Shown here one piece after another: positions 25,208-35,498 of a DNA stretch of 64,000 nt. Source of the stretch: an uncultured Verrucomicrobiae bacterium. GTDB taxonomy: Bacteria; Verrucomicrobiota; Verrucomicrobiia; Chthoniobacterales; Terrimicrobiaceae. The position numbers and the translations under genes are program-made. Position 1 is the first letter of the stretch. Each line of letters opens with the position of its first letter. Below the pieces are notes generated by a model. That model saw nothing but the letters and a program-made list of their open reading frames with translations, ran no database searches and was not told the DNA's origin. The DNA lies in contig CAVPOC010000006.1 in NCBI GenBank assembly GCA_963706955.1, forward strand, positions 224,001 to 288,000, in the 5' to 3' direction.

Positions 25208-26078
25208 CTTTAGTCGGTATCCGCCAAATTCCGGGTCTCCACCAAATTTTGGGGATGGGGTAGGTTTTTGGGGTTTGTTAGCCGCATTGAGCGATAACGC
25301 GAAGGCGGTAGTTGGAGAAGTTTTTAAAGCCGTAAGCTCGGCGTTGGATGAGTTTGATTTTGCGATGGAAGCCTTCAGTAATGCCGTTGTTTTTGGTAAA
25401 GCGCCACATGGCCGCCAAGGGTTCTCTCCAGCGCGATAAGGTGTCAGCCAAAGTCAACATCGAGGAGAAGCAACTGGCTTTGAGCTCAGCGATAAAATCC
25501 AGAAGTCTCTTAGCCAAAGGGCGGCAAGCACGCTTTGTTTGATGCTTAATATTCAAGAGGGCGCGCAGCCGATGCATGGCCTCATAGAGGGGTTGGAGAG
25601 CAGGGTATTTGGCAAAGAGGGCTTGGAGGCGCAGGCAATCAGTGGGCGCGAGGTTGTCCTCTCGTTTGCGCAGAGCCCCCAGGAAGCCGCGGTGGTTCTT
25701 GATTGTGGGGGCAATCTGGCGAGCTAACTCCAGGAAGTGCTGGGTGACAATGCGGATGACATGGAAGCGATCGGCAACGATCTTGGCTCTGGGAAAGTAA
25801 GAGGCAATCAGGCTGCGATAGGGACTGGAGAGATCGATGCAAACGACGCGCACCTTCTCTTTGCCTTGGAGGGCAGCCAGAAAGGAGCGCAGAGCGCTCG
25901 GAGATGCGTCCCGCAACGACGTCGAAGACGCGGTGGTTCTTCAGATCGCAGAAGGTGGTGGCAAAGCGCTGCCCTTTGTGCAGGGTGTGCTCGTCGATGC
26001 CGAGAACCTGAGGGCATTGCAGGCTCAAACGTTCTCTGGCCTGACGGGAAGTAAATTCCGCATAGATCCGCTCGACGG

Positions 26079-27504
26079 GGAAGTATCCGAAGTTTTGTGT
26101 TTAGGGTCAGTTTTGTTTTTCTTCGGTTGGCCTCGATTTTGCCACGCGCGGGAGCGCCCAGCAGTTCCCCCCGAGCCGCGGGGTTATGGGGGCGCGTAGC
26201 CCCCATTCCAAAGGCGTAAGCCTCATTTGTTAAATCTCTCCCCGAATTGGATGGCGAACTGGGTCGCGGCCGCTCTCCAAGTTACTGGTGGACTTTTCCA
26301 TCGTTTAGTGATGTTTCGCAAGGCCAGATAGATGAGCTTAGTGGCCGCCTCATCGCTGGGGAAGTGCCCCCGATTCTTAAGCACCTTGCGCAGCTGCATA
26401 TGCAAACTTTCAATGGCATTGGTCGTGTAAATGATTTTTCGCACCTCCGGAGCGAAACCGTAAAAGGGAATGATTTGTTCCCAGTTGCGGCGCCAGCTCT
26501 CGGCAATCATAGGATATTTTCTGTCCCAGGGCCCGGCTTCGAATTCCGCCAACCGCTTAGCGGCGGCCTCGGCGGTTTCGGCCCGGTAAATGGTCTTCAG
26601 TTCGCGAGCTAACGCCTGGCGCTCCTTCCAGCCGCAAAAGGAGAGGCAATAACGGCTTAAATGCACGATGCAGGTCTGCACGCTTGTCAGTGGGAAGACT
26701 GCGGCGATAGCCTCCGGAAAGCCCTTAAGCCCATCGATCACCGCGATTAGGATGTCCTCCACTCCGCGGTTTCGCAGCTCGTTCATGACCTTGAGCCAGA
26801 ACTTGGCTCCCTCGTTCTGTTCGATCCAAATGCCCAGGACATCCTTGGTCCCGTCCGCAGCGATGCCCAGGGCCAGATACACCGCTTTGTTCCTCACGCT
26901 TCCCTCATCGCGGATCTTCACTCGCAGCGCGTCGAAATAGACCACTGGATAGCTGCGCTCCAGAGGCCGATTCTGCCACTCGACAACCGCTTCCAGCACC
27001 GAATTGGTTACCGTGCTGATAAAGTCGGCGCTCACCTCCACCTTGTATTGATCAAGCAGAAAGCCCTGGATCTCACGCACTGTCATCCCGCGCGCATACA
27101 TCGCGATGATCTTCTCATCGAAGCCTTCAAAGCGCTTCTGTCCTTTAGCGATCAATAAGGGCTCAAAGCTCCCGCTCCGATCCCGGGGAACTTCGATTTT
27201 CATTGCTCCGTCTTCCCCAACCACTGTCTTCTCGCTGTAGCCGTTGCGATGGTTGTCGACCTCTTCGGGCGCTTCGCCTTTGGCGTAGCCAAGATGATGG
27301 GTGAGTTCCCCGGCAAGGGCTCTCTCCACAACGCGCTTCTTTAGTTGCGCGATCAGCCCGTTTTCTCCAAGGACCGCCTCCGCGCTGACGCCATGCTTCT
27401 CCAACAGCGCGTCGATCAAGTCGTCGCACTTCGTTTCCTTCTTCTCTTTGGTCATTTTCTTTTATCTCAGGCTATGACCCACACACAAACTTTCTGATAC
27501 CCTC
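26079..27504 (-). mobile_element. IS256-family element with 8-bp target duplication CTCGACGG
   Basis: TSD at 26071-26078 and 27505-27512; imperfect ~30-bp IRs GGAAGTATCCGAAGTTTTGTGT / GAGGGTATCAGAAAGTTTGTGT. Confidence 0.95.
26223..27455 (-). CDS. IS256-family (Mutator-like) transposase
   Basis: RNGY, VPRDR, MYARGM, YFDAL, DGLKGF, QTCIVH and YTTNAIES motifs; 410 aa, intact. Confidence 0.96.
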   Translation of the reverse strand: MTKEKKETKCDDLIDALLEKHGVSAEAVLGENGLIAQLKKRVVERALAGELTHHLGYAKGEAPEEVDNHRNGYSEKTVVGEDGAMKIEVPRDRSGSFEPLLIAKGQKRFEGFDEKIIAMYARGMTVREIQGFLLDQYKVEVSADFISTVTNSVLEAVVEWQNRPLERSYPVVYFDALRVKIRDEGSVRNKAVYLALGIAADGTKDVLGIWIEQNEGAKFWLKVMNELRNRGVEDILIAVIDGLKGFPEAIAAVFPLTSVQTCIVHLSRYCLSFCGWKERQALARELKTIYRAETAEAAAKRLAEFEAGPWDRKYPMIAESWRRNWEQIIPFYGFAPEVRKIIYTTNAIESLHMQLRKVLKNRGHFPSDEAATKLIYLALRNITKRWKSPPVTWRAAATQFAIQFGERFNK

Positions 27505-27934
27505 CTCGACGGTGGCGCTGCCCAGCTTCATGAGGCGCGCGAGAGCCGAGGCACAAATGCCTTCGTGATGCTGGCTATAGACCTTCTGTCGCCAGGGTTC
27601 GGTGCTGCGCTTCCAGGGCCGCAAACCGGGCGTCTCGGGCAGAAAGCTGCGACCGCATGCCCGGCACTCAAAGCGCCGGGTTTCGATATGAAGAAGGCTC
27701 GGCAACCCAAAGGAGTTTAGATGCCGAGCGCGCCGTCGATAACGCCCTTTAGCTACGATGCGGGGGCTGGCGCAGCACCGACAGCAATCGGGTTCCCTTT
27801 CCAGTTCCAAGTGCACGAGCACTTGCTTGTTGCTTTCGCTCCGCAAGACGCGGTAGCCTCTTAGTCCGATATCACACACAGGGGGCATGGTGGTCTTTCA
27901 TTGACCCCATGTCCCCACTTTTTGATGGAGAGCC

Positions 27935-29068
27935 TGAAAGCCCTCGGTGATGCCATTGTTTTTGGTGAAGCGCCACATGGCGGCGAGAGGTTCTCTCCAG
28001 GCCGACAAGGTTTGAGCGAGAGTAAGGAGCGAGGGGAAGGCACTGGCTTTAAGCTCATCGATAAAATCGAGGAGTTTCTTAGTGAGAGGACGGCAGGCGC
28101 GTTTTGTTTGATGTTTGAGGTTGAGGAGAGCGCGAAGTCGATGCATGGCGTCATAGAGGGGCGCGAGAGCAGGATATTTAGCAAAGAGCGCCCTGAGGCG
28201 CTGGCGGTCAATGGGCGAGAGGTTGTCCTGTCGTTTACGCAGGGCAGCCAGGGAGCCGCGATGGTTCGTGATAGGAGGGGCGATCTGACGGGCCAGCTCC
28301 AGGAAGTGTTGGATGACAATGCGGATGACATGGAAGCGATCGGCAACGATCTTGGCTCTGGGGAAATAGGAAGCAATCAGGCTGCGGTAGGGACTTGAGA
28401 GATCGATGCAAACCACGCGAACCTTGTCTCTGCCTTGGAGAGCGGCCAGAAAGGAGCGCAGATCCCTTGGACTGCGGCCGGCAACAATATCGAAGACCCG
28501 GTGGTTCTTAAGATCACAGAAGGTGGTGGCAAAACGTTGCCCCTTGTGAAGGGTGTGCTCGTCGATACCGAGAACCCGAGGGCATTGAAGACTCAAGCGT
28601 TCCCTGGCCTTGCGAGAGGTAAATTCCCCGTAGATGCGCTCCACGGTGGCGCTCCCCAGCTTCATAAGGCGCGCGAAAGCCGAGGCGCAAATGCCTTCAT
28701 GGTGCTGGATGTAGACCTTCTGCCGCCAGGGTTCGGTGCTGCGCTTCCAGGGCCGCAATCCGGGCGTCTCGGGAAGGAAACTGCGACCACAAGCCCGACA
28801 CTCAAAGCGCCGGGTCTCGATCTGAAGAAGGCTCGGTAAGCCAAAGGAATTTAGATGCCGAGCGCGCCGTCGGTAACGTCCTTTGGCGACAATGCGCGGG
28901 CTGGCACAGCACCGACAGCAATCGGGTTCCCTTTCCAGTTCCAAGTGCACGAGCACTTGCCGATTGCTTTCGCTCCGCAAGACGCGGTAGCCTCTTAGTC
29001 CGATATCACACACAGGGGGCATGGTGGTCTTTCATTGACCCCATGTCCCCACTTTTTGATGGAGAGCC
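27935..29068 (-). mobile_element. ISL3-family element, copy B, 3'-truncated
   Basis: IRL identical to copy A ends at 29068. Transposase from 29022 is cut after NNGITEGF by the IRL of copy A; no IRR. Confidence 0.9.
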
Positions 29069-29249
29069 CAACCACCGCTACGAACACCGTCTTGAAACAG
29101 TTTTACGAACCCGAGATTCGGGGCGGGATGGGGTTTCCGACTTTTTCGGCATACCCAACGGATTCTAGATCCTATCAGTCAATATTGCAAAAGTGCCTGA
29201 ATGGGATTTGCGGGTATCGTCTCGCCTTACGCACCTCCTTGTCATCTCA

Positions 29250-29408
29250 CTAATCACCCAACAACAATCTTGCTAACCCAAGGGTGATGGAAATGAGCAT
29301 GATAAGGGGTAGTAGGCACACAAACCAAGTGAAGATCCAGACAGCATTACAGAAAAACGTCAGGCAGATGTCCAGAATGTTATCATCATCATCTCTTCTG
29401 GTGTTCAT
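29250..29408 (-). CDS. Small (52 aa) hydrophobic membrane peptide, not in ORF track
   Basis: MNTRRDDDDNILDICLTFFCNAVWIFTWFVCLLPLIMLISITLGLARLLLGD-stop, read by hand. Confidence 0.4.
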   Translation of the reverse strand: MNTRRDDDDNILDICLTFFCNAVWIFTWFVCLLPLIMLISITLGLARLLLGD

Positions 29409-29782
29409 AGGGGGGAACGTCAGTTGATCATTTATTATTACTCTCCTCCCAAAAGGGCTTGCTGTCTCCCTCTTTTGACTCGGCCACTACATTGTGCCGA
29501 CAAGATCCTATCACAACTATAAACCCCGAGAGAAAAAAAGACACGTTCCGAATTGGCCAGAACCAACACCGGAAGCCCTTGCCTTGTTCAATGATCATGT
29601 AACTTTTGCGGACGTTTTAACCAACAAGTTTACGGGAAATCCTATCTTCCCTTCGGCTCTTACGCCTTCGAGGATTTAAGGCAGGAGATCCTCTTGCTGA
29701 TCTACAAGACAATAACCCTCATACTTCTCTCGATATCGGTGTCCCTTGCCGGAGGTAACAGAAAGGACGTCGTTTATTAACA

Positions 29783-29828
29783 CTGCTTCACACGCAGGAA
29801 GTCGCAGGTTCGAACCCTGCATCGCGCA
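29783..29828 (+). pseudogene. 3' half of host tRNA-Val(CAC), attR-like junction
   Basis: CTGCTTCACAC GCAGG AAGTC GCAGG TTCGAAC CCTGC ATCGCGC A. The 3' acceptor strand ATCGCGC pairs with GCGCGAT at 23911, not with the tRNA at 25136. Confidence 0.92.
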
Positions 29829-29882
29829 GGTCTGTTTCACTAGTTCCACGCTGACGGAAGCAGCGAGAGCCGTTCACCTGAG

Positions 29883-30272
29883 TTAGTCTGCTTGGTTGCG
29901 TAGTGGCGCGAGTGGTGGAAGGAAGAAGCGGCGGGCAGCGAGAAGCCCCGCGAAGGCGGCGACGCCCAGGAGAATGTCGATGGTTGCCAACTCCGGCTTC
30001 AGCATTTTCCGCGCGACCACGAAAGCGAGAAGCTCCAATACCGCCATAAGGTCGTGGGTAACGAGAGTGCGAATCAGTTCCACGCTAATGACGAGCAACA
30101 GAGCTCGATAGATCAGCTCGTAGAAGGTTTCCGTCGTGCTCCAATCCATCTGAATCAGCGCGACGGTACTCTCGTAGGCGAAGGCAACGACACCCAGGAG
30201 AATCCCGAAAGCCAGCAGGCGTTCGAGTCCAGTCGCGAGCCTCTTGGCAGACCGAATTACGAGGTCATTCAT
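29883..30272 (-). CDS. PsiE-like small membrane protein
   Basis: Four hydrophobic segments; LLLVISVELIRTL...ELLAFVVARKML pattern. Confidence 0.7.
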   Translation of the reverse strand: MNDLVIRSAKRLATGLERLLAFGILLGVVAFAYESTVALIQMDWSTTETFYELIYRALLLVISVELIRTLVTHDLMAVLELLAFVVARKMLKPELATIDILLGVAAFAGLLAARRFFLPPLAPLRNQAD

Positions 30273-30494
30273 GCAAATGTAACGGGCAGTCTATGGCGGT
30301 CCAGTAACGCCGCGCGAGTGTTTTGTGAAGGCTCCGAAATGGCCGGCGGATGCACGCCGCGGGCCGGCTCTTCCCCTTCGCGCGTGGCACTTTGGGACTT
30401 AGAAAACCTTCCGAATGGGAAAATCGAAGGCGACGAAAAGCGCAGACAAGTTTGGCCGGGCCCAATCGAAGGATCGGAGTCGCGCCGTCGGTCT

Positions 30495-30692
30495 CTATCC
30501 GCCTGCGGCCACGTTTAAGATCTCGATCTCGTCACCGTCGGAGAGTGCAGTCTGCGGCCACTCAGAGCGCAACAGCGCCACCCCGTTGTGTTCCACCAAA
30601 ATTGCTTCACGGACGAGCGCAAGCTTATTTACCAAATCGTCAACATTTTTGGAGTTAACAGATTCATTTTGGCCATTTAGGACGATTTCCAT
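30495..30692 (-). CDS. thiS: Sulfur carrier protein ThiS
   Basis: MEIVLNG...VEHNG...L.DGDEIEI...AGG C-terminus; adjacent to thiH. Confidence 0.92.
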   Translation of the reverse strand: MEIVLNGQNESVNSKNVDDLVNKLALVREAILVEHNGVALLRSEWPQTALSDGDEIEILNVAAGG

Positions 30693-30723
30693 GGATCGCG
30701 TAGCAGGCGAAGGGGGGCCACGC

Positions 30724-31836
30724 TCAGGCCGCATTTAGGATGGCGGCATCCCAATCCTTCCAGACCGGTTCGAGGCCCAATTCGCGCAAACGGGAGGCAA
30801 CCACATCGGGTGGTCGGTTGTCTGAAACGGCAAATTGACCCTCGGCGAGCTCTCCAGCAGCGGCGACTTGGCGGCCGCGCGTTGTATGGTGCAGGTTTCG
30901 TTTTCCCTGGCCCGTGTAACCACCCGGCTCAGTGTGACTGCCGGCGCTCATCATGGTAACACCCAAGGGCGCTACGGTATCGCGCAAGGCTGGGGACTCG
31001 CGCGTGCTGAGGACGATCCCGATTTGCGGAAAGGTCATTCGCAGGGCGCAGAGCACTTGAATGAATTCACGGTCCGGCAGGGGATGTGTCGGATGGAAAT
31101 CGCCCGCGGCCGGGCGCAGCCGCGGCAGGCTGACAGTAATCTGCGCTTTCCAGCACTTACGCAAAAGGTATTCAAGATGTGCCGCGAGAGCTACGGCCTC
31201 CTCCCGCCAGTGCCACAGCCCGAAGAGCGCGCCGATCCCAATGCGCCGAAAGCCCGCCTGATAAGCGCGTTCGGCGCAGTCAAGCCGCCAGTCGAAGTTC
31301 TTCTTGGGTCCGGCAAGATGCATTTTCGCATATGTCGGAGGATGGTACGTCTCCTGATAGACAAGGAGTCCTTCGGCGCCCGCACGAACAAGGGGCACAT
31401 AATCGGCGACCTCCATCGGGGCGACCTCAAGACTTAGACTCGGGACCATCGGCGAGAGGCGGCGAATGCACCGCCTGAGATAATCGCCTGAGACGAACTT
31501 GGGATGCTCACCCGCAACCAGCAGAATATTCCGAAATCCCTGATTCAAAATATGGACTGCCTCGGTCGCGACCTCTTCAATTTCGAGAGTTACACGGAGA
31601 ATGGCATTTTCCCGGGAGAATCCGCAGTAGGCGCAGGAATTGATGCATTCGTTAGAGAGATAAAGTGGAGCAAACATGCGCATCGTGCGGCCGAAGTAGC
31701 GTCGGGTGATGGCGGCGGATTCGCGGGCGAGCAGCTCGAGTTCGGCATCCGAACGCGGAGAGAGGAGAGCATCGAATTTCTCCAGGATCGGCGACCTGTC
31801 TTTAATCCGGTTCACTAGTTCAGAAGAGAATGGCAT
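30724..31836 (-). CDS. thiH: 2-iminoacetate synthase ThiH (radical SAM)
   Basis: FAPLYLSNECINSCAYCGF, YQETY, SLPRLRP, LSTRE and SAGS.TEPGGY motifs. Confidence 0.95.
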   Translation of the reverse strand: MPFSSELVNRIKDRSPILEKFDALLSPRSDAELELLARESAAITRRYFGRTMRMFAPLYLSNECINSCAYCGFSRENAILRVTLEIEEVATEAVHILNQGFRNILLVAGEHPKFVSGDYLRRCIRRLSPMVPSLSLEVAPMEVADYVPLVRAGAEGLLVYQETYHPPTYAKMHLAGPKKNFDWRLDCAERAYQAGFRRIGIGALFGLWHWREEAVALAAHLEYLLRKCWKAQITVSLPRLRPAAGDFHPTHPLPDREFIQVLCALRMTFPQIGIVLSTRESPALRDTVAPLGVTMMSAGSHTEPGGYTGQGKRNLHHTTRGRQVAAAGELAEGQFAVSDNRPPDVVASRLRELGLEPVWKDWDAAILNAA

Positions 31837-31946
31837 GTGTTGAACAAACCTTAATTAACCACATAGCAATCAAGACTCAAAGAAAACGCTTCGGCTCCAT
31901 CAGAATTGGCTCTGTGCTCCCGCTCGTCGCTCGCTAGATTGCACGG

Positions 31947-33200
31947 GTGTTTGAAAAATCTCTCTTTGGCGAGCGTCTGGCCAGCGGCAGCGGAATCCAG
32001 GAGTTGATGGACGATCTCGGACGCGCCATGGCGGGGGCCCATGGGCCGATCCGAATGCTTGGCGGCGGAAATCCGGCGCATATTCCCGAGATGCAGGCAG
32101 TCTGGCGGGAGCGGATGGCAGCAATCCTTGGGGATTCCGGCGAGTTCGACCGGATGCTGACGAACTACGATCCACCGATAGGCAACGCCAAGTTCATTGC
32201 CGCCTTGGCCGCCCTGCTGCGGGGGGAATTCGGCTGGAGCGTAGGACCGGAAAATATCGCGATAACTGCAGGCGGCCAAACCGCATTCTTCTTCCTATTC
32301 AACTTGCTCGCCGGTGAATTCCAAGGAGGCAAGCGCAAGGTCATCCTTCTTCCCCTCGTGCCCGAATACATCGGCTACATGAATCAAGGGTTGAGCCCTG
32401 GGCTCTTGCGTGCGGTCGAGCCGCGCCTCGAGTTTCTTTCCGGTCATCGCTTCAAGTACCACGTAGATTTCGATCGAATCATCGTTGACGACGATGTGGC
32501 CGCCATCTGCGCCTCACGTCCGACAAATCCTTCCGGAAACGTGTTGACCAATGAGGAGGTGCATCGGTTGGCTTCCATCGCCCGAAACGCCGGCGTCCCT
32601 TTGATCATGGACAACGCGTATGGTCTGCCATTCCCCGGCATCTTGTTTCGCAGCGCTGATCCGATCTGGGATGACAACACTATCCTGACGCTCAGCCTTT
32701 CCAAACTCGGCCTGCCCAACACCCGCACGGGCATCGTCGTCGCGCACCCCGAAATTATCCAAGCGATCGCCTCGATGACCGCGATCGTCGGGCTGGCTAA
32801 CTGCTCGATTGGGCAAGCAATCGTCCTTCCTCTTGTCCAATCTGGCAAAATCCTGCGTTTGGCTCGGGAGGTAGTCGGCCCATTTTACAAGCGCAAGTCC
32901 GAGTTAGCGCAGAATTGGATCACGGAGTATTTCAACGACAGTCTTGACTACCACGTTCATGTCAGTGAGGGAGCGTTGTTCTTGTGGCTTTGGTTCCGCG
33001 GGATGAAAATTTCTGCGGAGACACTTTACAATCGTTTGAAACAACGCGGCGTCCTGGTAGTTCCGGGCCACTACTTTGGGGCATCCGAAGATTGGCGGCA
33101 TGGCCACGAGTGCATCCGGCTAAGCTTTGCGATGGATGAAGCCGCCGTTCGTGAAGGCATCGCCATTTTGGCCGAGGAAGTGAGTAAAGGCTACCTTTAG
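31947..33200 (+). CDS. avtA: Valine-pyruvate aminotransferase
   Basis: SGIQELMDDLG, MLGGGNPA, PEYIGY, SRPTNPSG, DNAYG.PFP and SLSKLGLP.RTG motifs. Confidence 0.93.
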   Translation: MFEKSLFGERLASGSGIQELMDDLGRAMAGAHGPIRMLGGGNPAHIPEMQAVWRERMAAILGDSGEFDRMLTNYDPPIGNAKFIAALAALLRGEFGWSVGPENIAITAGGQTAFFFLFNLLAGEFQGGKRKVILLPLVPEYIGYMNQGLSPGLLRAVEPRLEFLSGHRFKYHVDFDRIIVDDDVAAICASRPTNPSGNVLTNEEVHRLASIARNAGVPLIMDNAYGLPFPGILFRSADPIWDDNTILTLSLSKLGLPNTRTGIVVAHPEIIQAIASMTAIVGLANCSIGQAIVLPLVQSGKILRLAREVVGPFYKRKSELAQNWITEYFNDSLDYHVHVSEGALFLWLWFRGMKISAETLYNRLKQRGVLVVPGHYFGASEDWRHGHECIRLSFAMDEAAVREGIAILAEEVSKGYL

Positions 33201-33230
33201 ATCCCGGGGGAAAGACGGGCACTTGCCTCG

Positions 33231-33794
33231 CTAGACAGTGGCCACCTTGCGAAATTCAAGCACGTTGATCGGCGGAAAGTTCAAGGCGCAGTATTTCTTA
33301 TCGGCCAGTTCGAAGAGGTGATCGTGGTCACAGAGCTGCGTGGTGACCTGATACGTAATGAAGCGGCTCTCGCGGTCCATAGCCTCCGCGATGCTCTGCA
33401 AAAGCCTATCCTTTGTTCCTGGGTCGATTAAGAAGAAAGGAAGGCCGGAGATGATATAGTCGCAATGTGAATGGCCCATCTCTTGAAGGGTCCCCGGCAG
33501 ATGGAGGGCATCTGTATTCAGCACTGTCACCCGTGGGTCACGGACGAATTGCTTACGCAGATGGCAGACAAATTCCTCGTCGAGCTCAAAAAGGATGAGA
33601 CGGGACCTGGCATCCATTCGCTTGACGATTTCCCTGGTATGGCATCCTTCTCCCGGTCCGAGCTCTACTACCACTCTTGGCCGCGAAAAATCGAGGCGCC
33701 GCGCGGTTTGCCTCGTCAGAAAAGGTGAACTGGGCACCAAGTAGCCAACGCGCAGCGGGTTGGCGAGCACCCTCTTAAAGAAAAGTAAGCTCAT
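33231..33794 (-). CDS. SAM-dependent methyltransferase, PmtA/OlsG-like lipid N-methyltransferase family
   Basis: NPLRVGYLVPSS, VVELGPGEG, IISGLP and NFPP motifs. Confidence 0.8.
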   Translation of the reverse strand: MSLLFFKRVLANPLRVGYLVPSSPFLTRQTARRLDFSRPRVVVELGPGEGCHTREIVKRMDARSRLILFELDEEFVCHLRKQFVRDPRVTVLNTDALHLPGTLQEMGHSHCDYIISGLPFFLIDPGTKDRLLQSIAEAMDRESRFITYQVTTQLCDHDHLFELADKKYCALNFPPINVLEFRKVATV

Positions 33795-33953
33795 CTAGGA
33801 AGTGCAAAGTAGGCGAAAGCATTAGCATGTCCAGTCTCGCCAGTCGATGGGCGCGATGGCACAATGTACTTAACGCGGTGGGTTTACCGGGTGGACGCCA
33901 GAGTTTGTCGTCGGGACGCGGCCAGGCGGGAAATACCCTTGTCAGTCGAGATG

Positions 33954-35402
33954 TCATATAAGCGCGAATTCCTTGCTCCACCCGGAAGCACGCTCATAAG
34001 CATCAGCGATGCCGAGCAGACGCGCTTCATCGAGCGATTTTCCGAGAAACTGAAGGCCCACCGGCAGTTTGTGATTACCTTCAAGGACAAAGCCACAAGG
34101 CACGCTGATTCCGCAGATGCCGGCCAGGTTCGCGGCAATCGTAAAAATATCGGCGAGGTACATTTTGAGCGGATCGTCAGTCCGCTCTCCGATGGGGAAG
34201 GCGAGGTCAGGGGAGGTGGGACAGACGATGACATCCACTTTCTCAAATGCGGTGGAAAAGTCCCTCCGTATGAGGGTGCGGACTTTTTGGGCGCGAAGGT
34301 AGTAGGCATCGTAGTAGCCACTGGAAAGAACATACGTGCCAAGAATAACGCGCCGTTTGACCTCGTTGCCGAAGCCGTCTTCGCGCGTCCGAATATAGAG
34401 GTCGGTTAAGTCTTTCGGCTGGCTTGCGCGGTAGCCATAACGAATCCCATCAAAACGTGCGAGATTGGCCGAAGCTTCGGCGGTAGCGATGATGTAATAG
34501 ACCGAAACTGCGTATTCGGTATGCGGCAGTGAGATTTCGACCAGTTCGGCACCGTGTTCCGCACATTGTTGGATGGCCGTCTCGATCGTCGCCTTGACGC
34601 GGGCATCCATCCCTTCAACGAAGTATTCTTTGGGAATGCCCATTCGCACCCCTTTGAGATCTCGGTCCAGTTGTCCGGTAAAATCCTCCGTCGATTGGTC
34701 CAGGGAGGTTGAGTCCATCGGATCGGATCCTGCGATGACATTGAGCAACAGGGCACAGTCCCGCGTTGAACGAGCGAAGGTTCCGATTTGATCGAGTGAG
34801 GAAGCAAAGGCGACGAGTCCGTAGCGGGAAACGCGCCCGTAGCTCGGCTTTAGCCCTATACATCCACACAGAGCCGCCGGTTGGCGAATCGACCCGCCGG
34901 TATCCGACCCGAGGGCGGCTGGGACCTCGCAGGCAGCCACAGCTGCGGCTGAACCGCCGCTGGAGCCACCGGGTATACGACTGGAATCCCATGGATTGCG
35001 GGTGATTTGATAGGCAGAGTTTTCGGTCGATGAGCCCATGGCAAATTCATCCATGTTCAGGCGACCGAAAGGAATGGCACCAGCTGCCCTCAACCGAGCA
35101 ACCACCGTTGCGTCGTAGGGAGCGATGTAGCCTTGTAAGATTTTCGAAGCGCAGGTGCACGGATCGCCTTTGACGTTGATTACATCTTTGATCCCAATCG
35201 GAATTCCTCCGAGGGGCAGGGACACATCTGCGTCCTCCGCCCGGCGCAAAGCAGCTTCGAAATCGCGAGAGAGAAATGCCTGAACCGTCGGTTCTACCAT
35301 TTGAATTCGCGCCTCGAGCGCACGCAGAATATCGGGGGGGCTGAAGTTCTTCGCGCGAAAGCCGGCCTGAATCTCTGACAGGGTGAGGCGAGTAATATCC
35401 AT
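33954..35402 (-). CDS. gatA: Asp/Glu-tRNA amidotransferase subunit A
   Basis: [33 protein letters not shown] and [14 protein letters not shown] motifs. Confidence 0.98.
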   Translation of the reverse strand: MDITRLTLSEIQAGFRAKNFSPPDILRALEARIQMVEPTVQAFLSRDFEAALRRAEDADVSLPLGGIPIGIKDVINVKGDPCTCASKILQGYIAPYDATVVARLRAAGAIPFGRLNMDEFAMGSSTENSAYQITRNPWDSSRIPGGSSGGSAAAVAACEVPAALGSDTGGSIRQPAALCGCIGLKPSYGRVSRYGLVAFASSLDQIGTFARSTRDCALLLNVIAGSDPMDSTSLDQSTEDFTGQLDRDLKGVRMGIPKEYFVEGMDARVKATIETAIQQCAEHGAELVEISLPHTEYAVSVYYIIATAEASANLARFDGIRYGYRASQPKDLTDLYIRTREDGFGNEVKRRVILGTYVLSSGYYDAYYLRAQKVRTLIRRDFSTAFEKVDVIVCPTSPDLAFPIGERTDDPLKMYLADIFTIAANLAGICGISVPCGFVLEGNHKLPVGLQFLGKSLDEARLLGIADAYERASGWSKEFALI

Positions 35403-35498
35403 AAGAAAACGGTTAGCCAGCTTCGTTCAGCGGAGCTGCGGATGTGCTGCCAGCGGTAAATCTTGTTGGGCGATTGGGCAGCCCTCTTATGTGATTAC

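Larger units (their letters stand above)
25233..27934 (-). mobile_element. ISL3-family element, copy A (transposase 25278..27888 interrupted by IS256)
   Basis: Terminal IRs GGCTCTCCATCAAAAAGTGGGG (ends 27934) and GGGTCTCCACCAAATTTTGGGG (starts 25233). Transposase has an N-terminal zinc finger plus GIDE, CIDLS, ADRFH and EGFHRKIK...RRAYGF. Confidence 0.92.
23937..29793. mobile_element. Decayed integrative island in tRNA-Val(CAC), bounded by 11-bp direct repeat CTGCTTCACAC
   Basis: Repeat at 23937-23947 and 29783-29793; removing the interval rebuilds a perfect tRNA cloverleaf. AT-richer ends, IS cargo, no integrase visible. Confidence 0.85.

Noticed and set aside
23911..29828. tRNA intron or trans-spliced split tRNA
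   Set aside because: An 11-bp duplication and IS cargo indicate DNA integration; no group I/II intron core or complementary leader/trailer sequences were seen.
31837..31946. TPP riboswitch upstream of thiH-thiS
   Set aside because: Short divergent intergenic region without the CTGAGA...ACCTG core.
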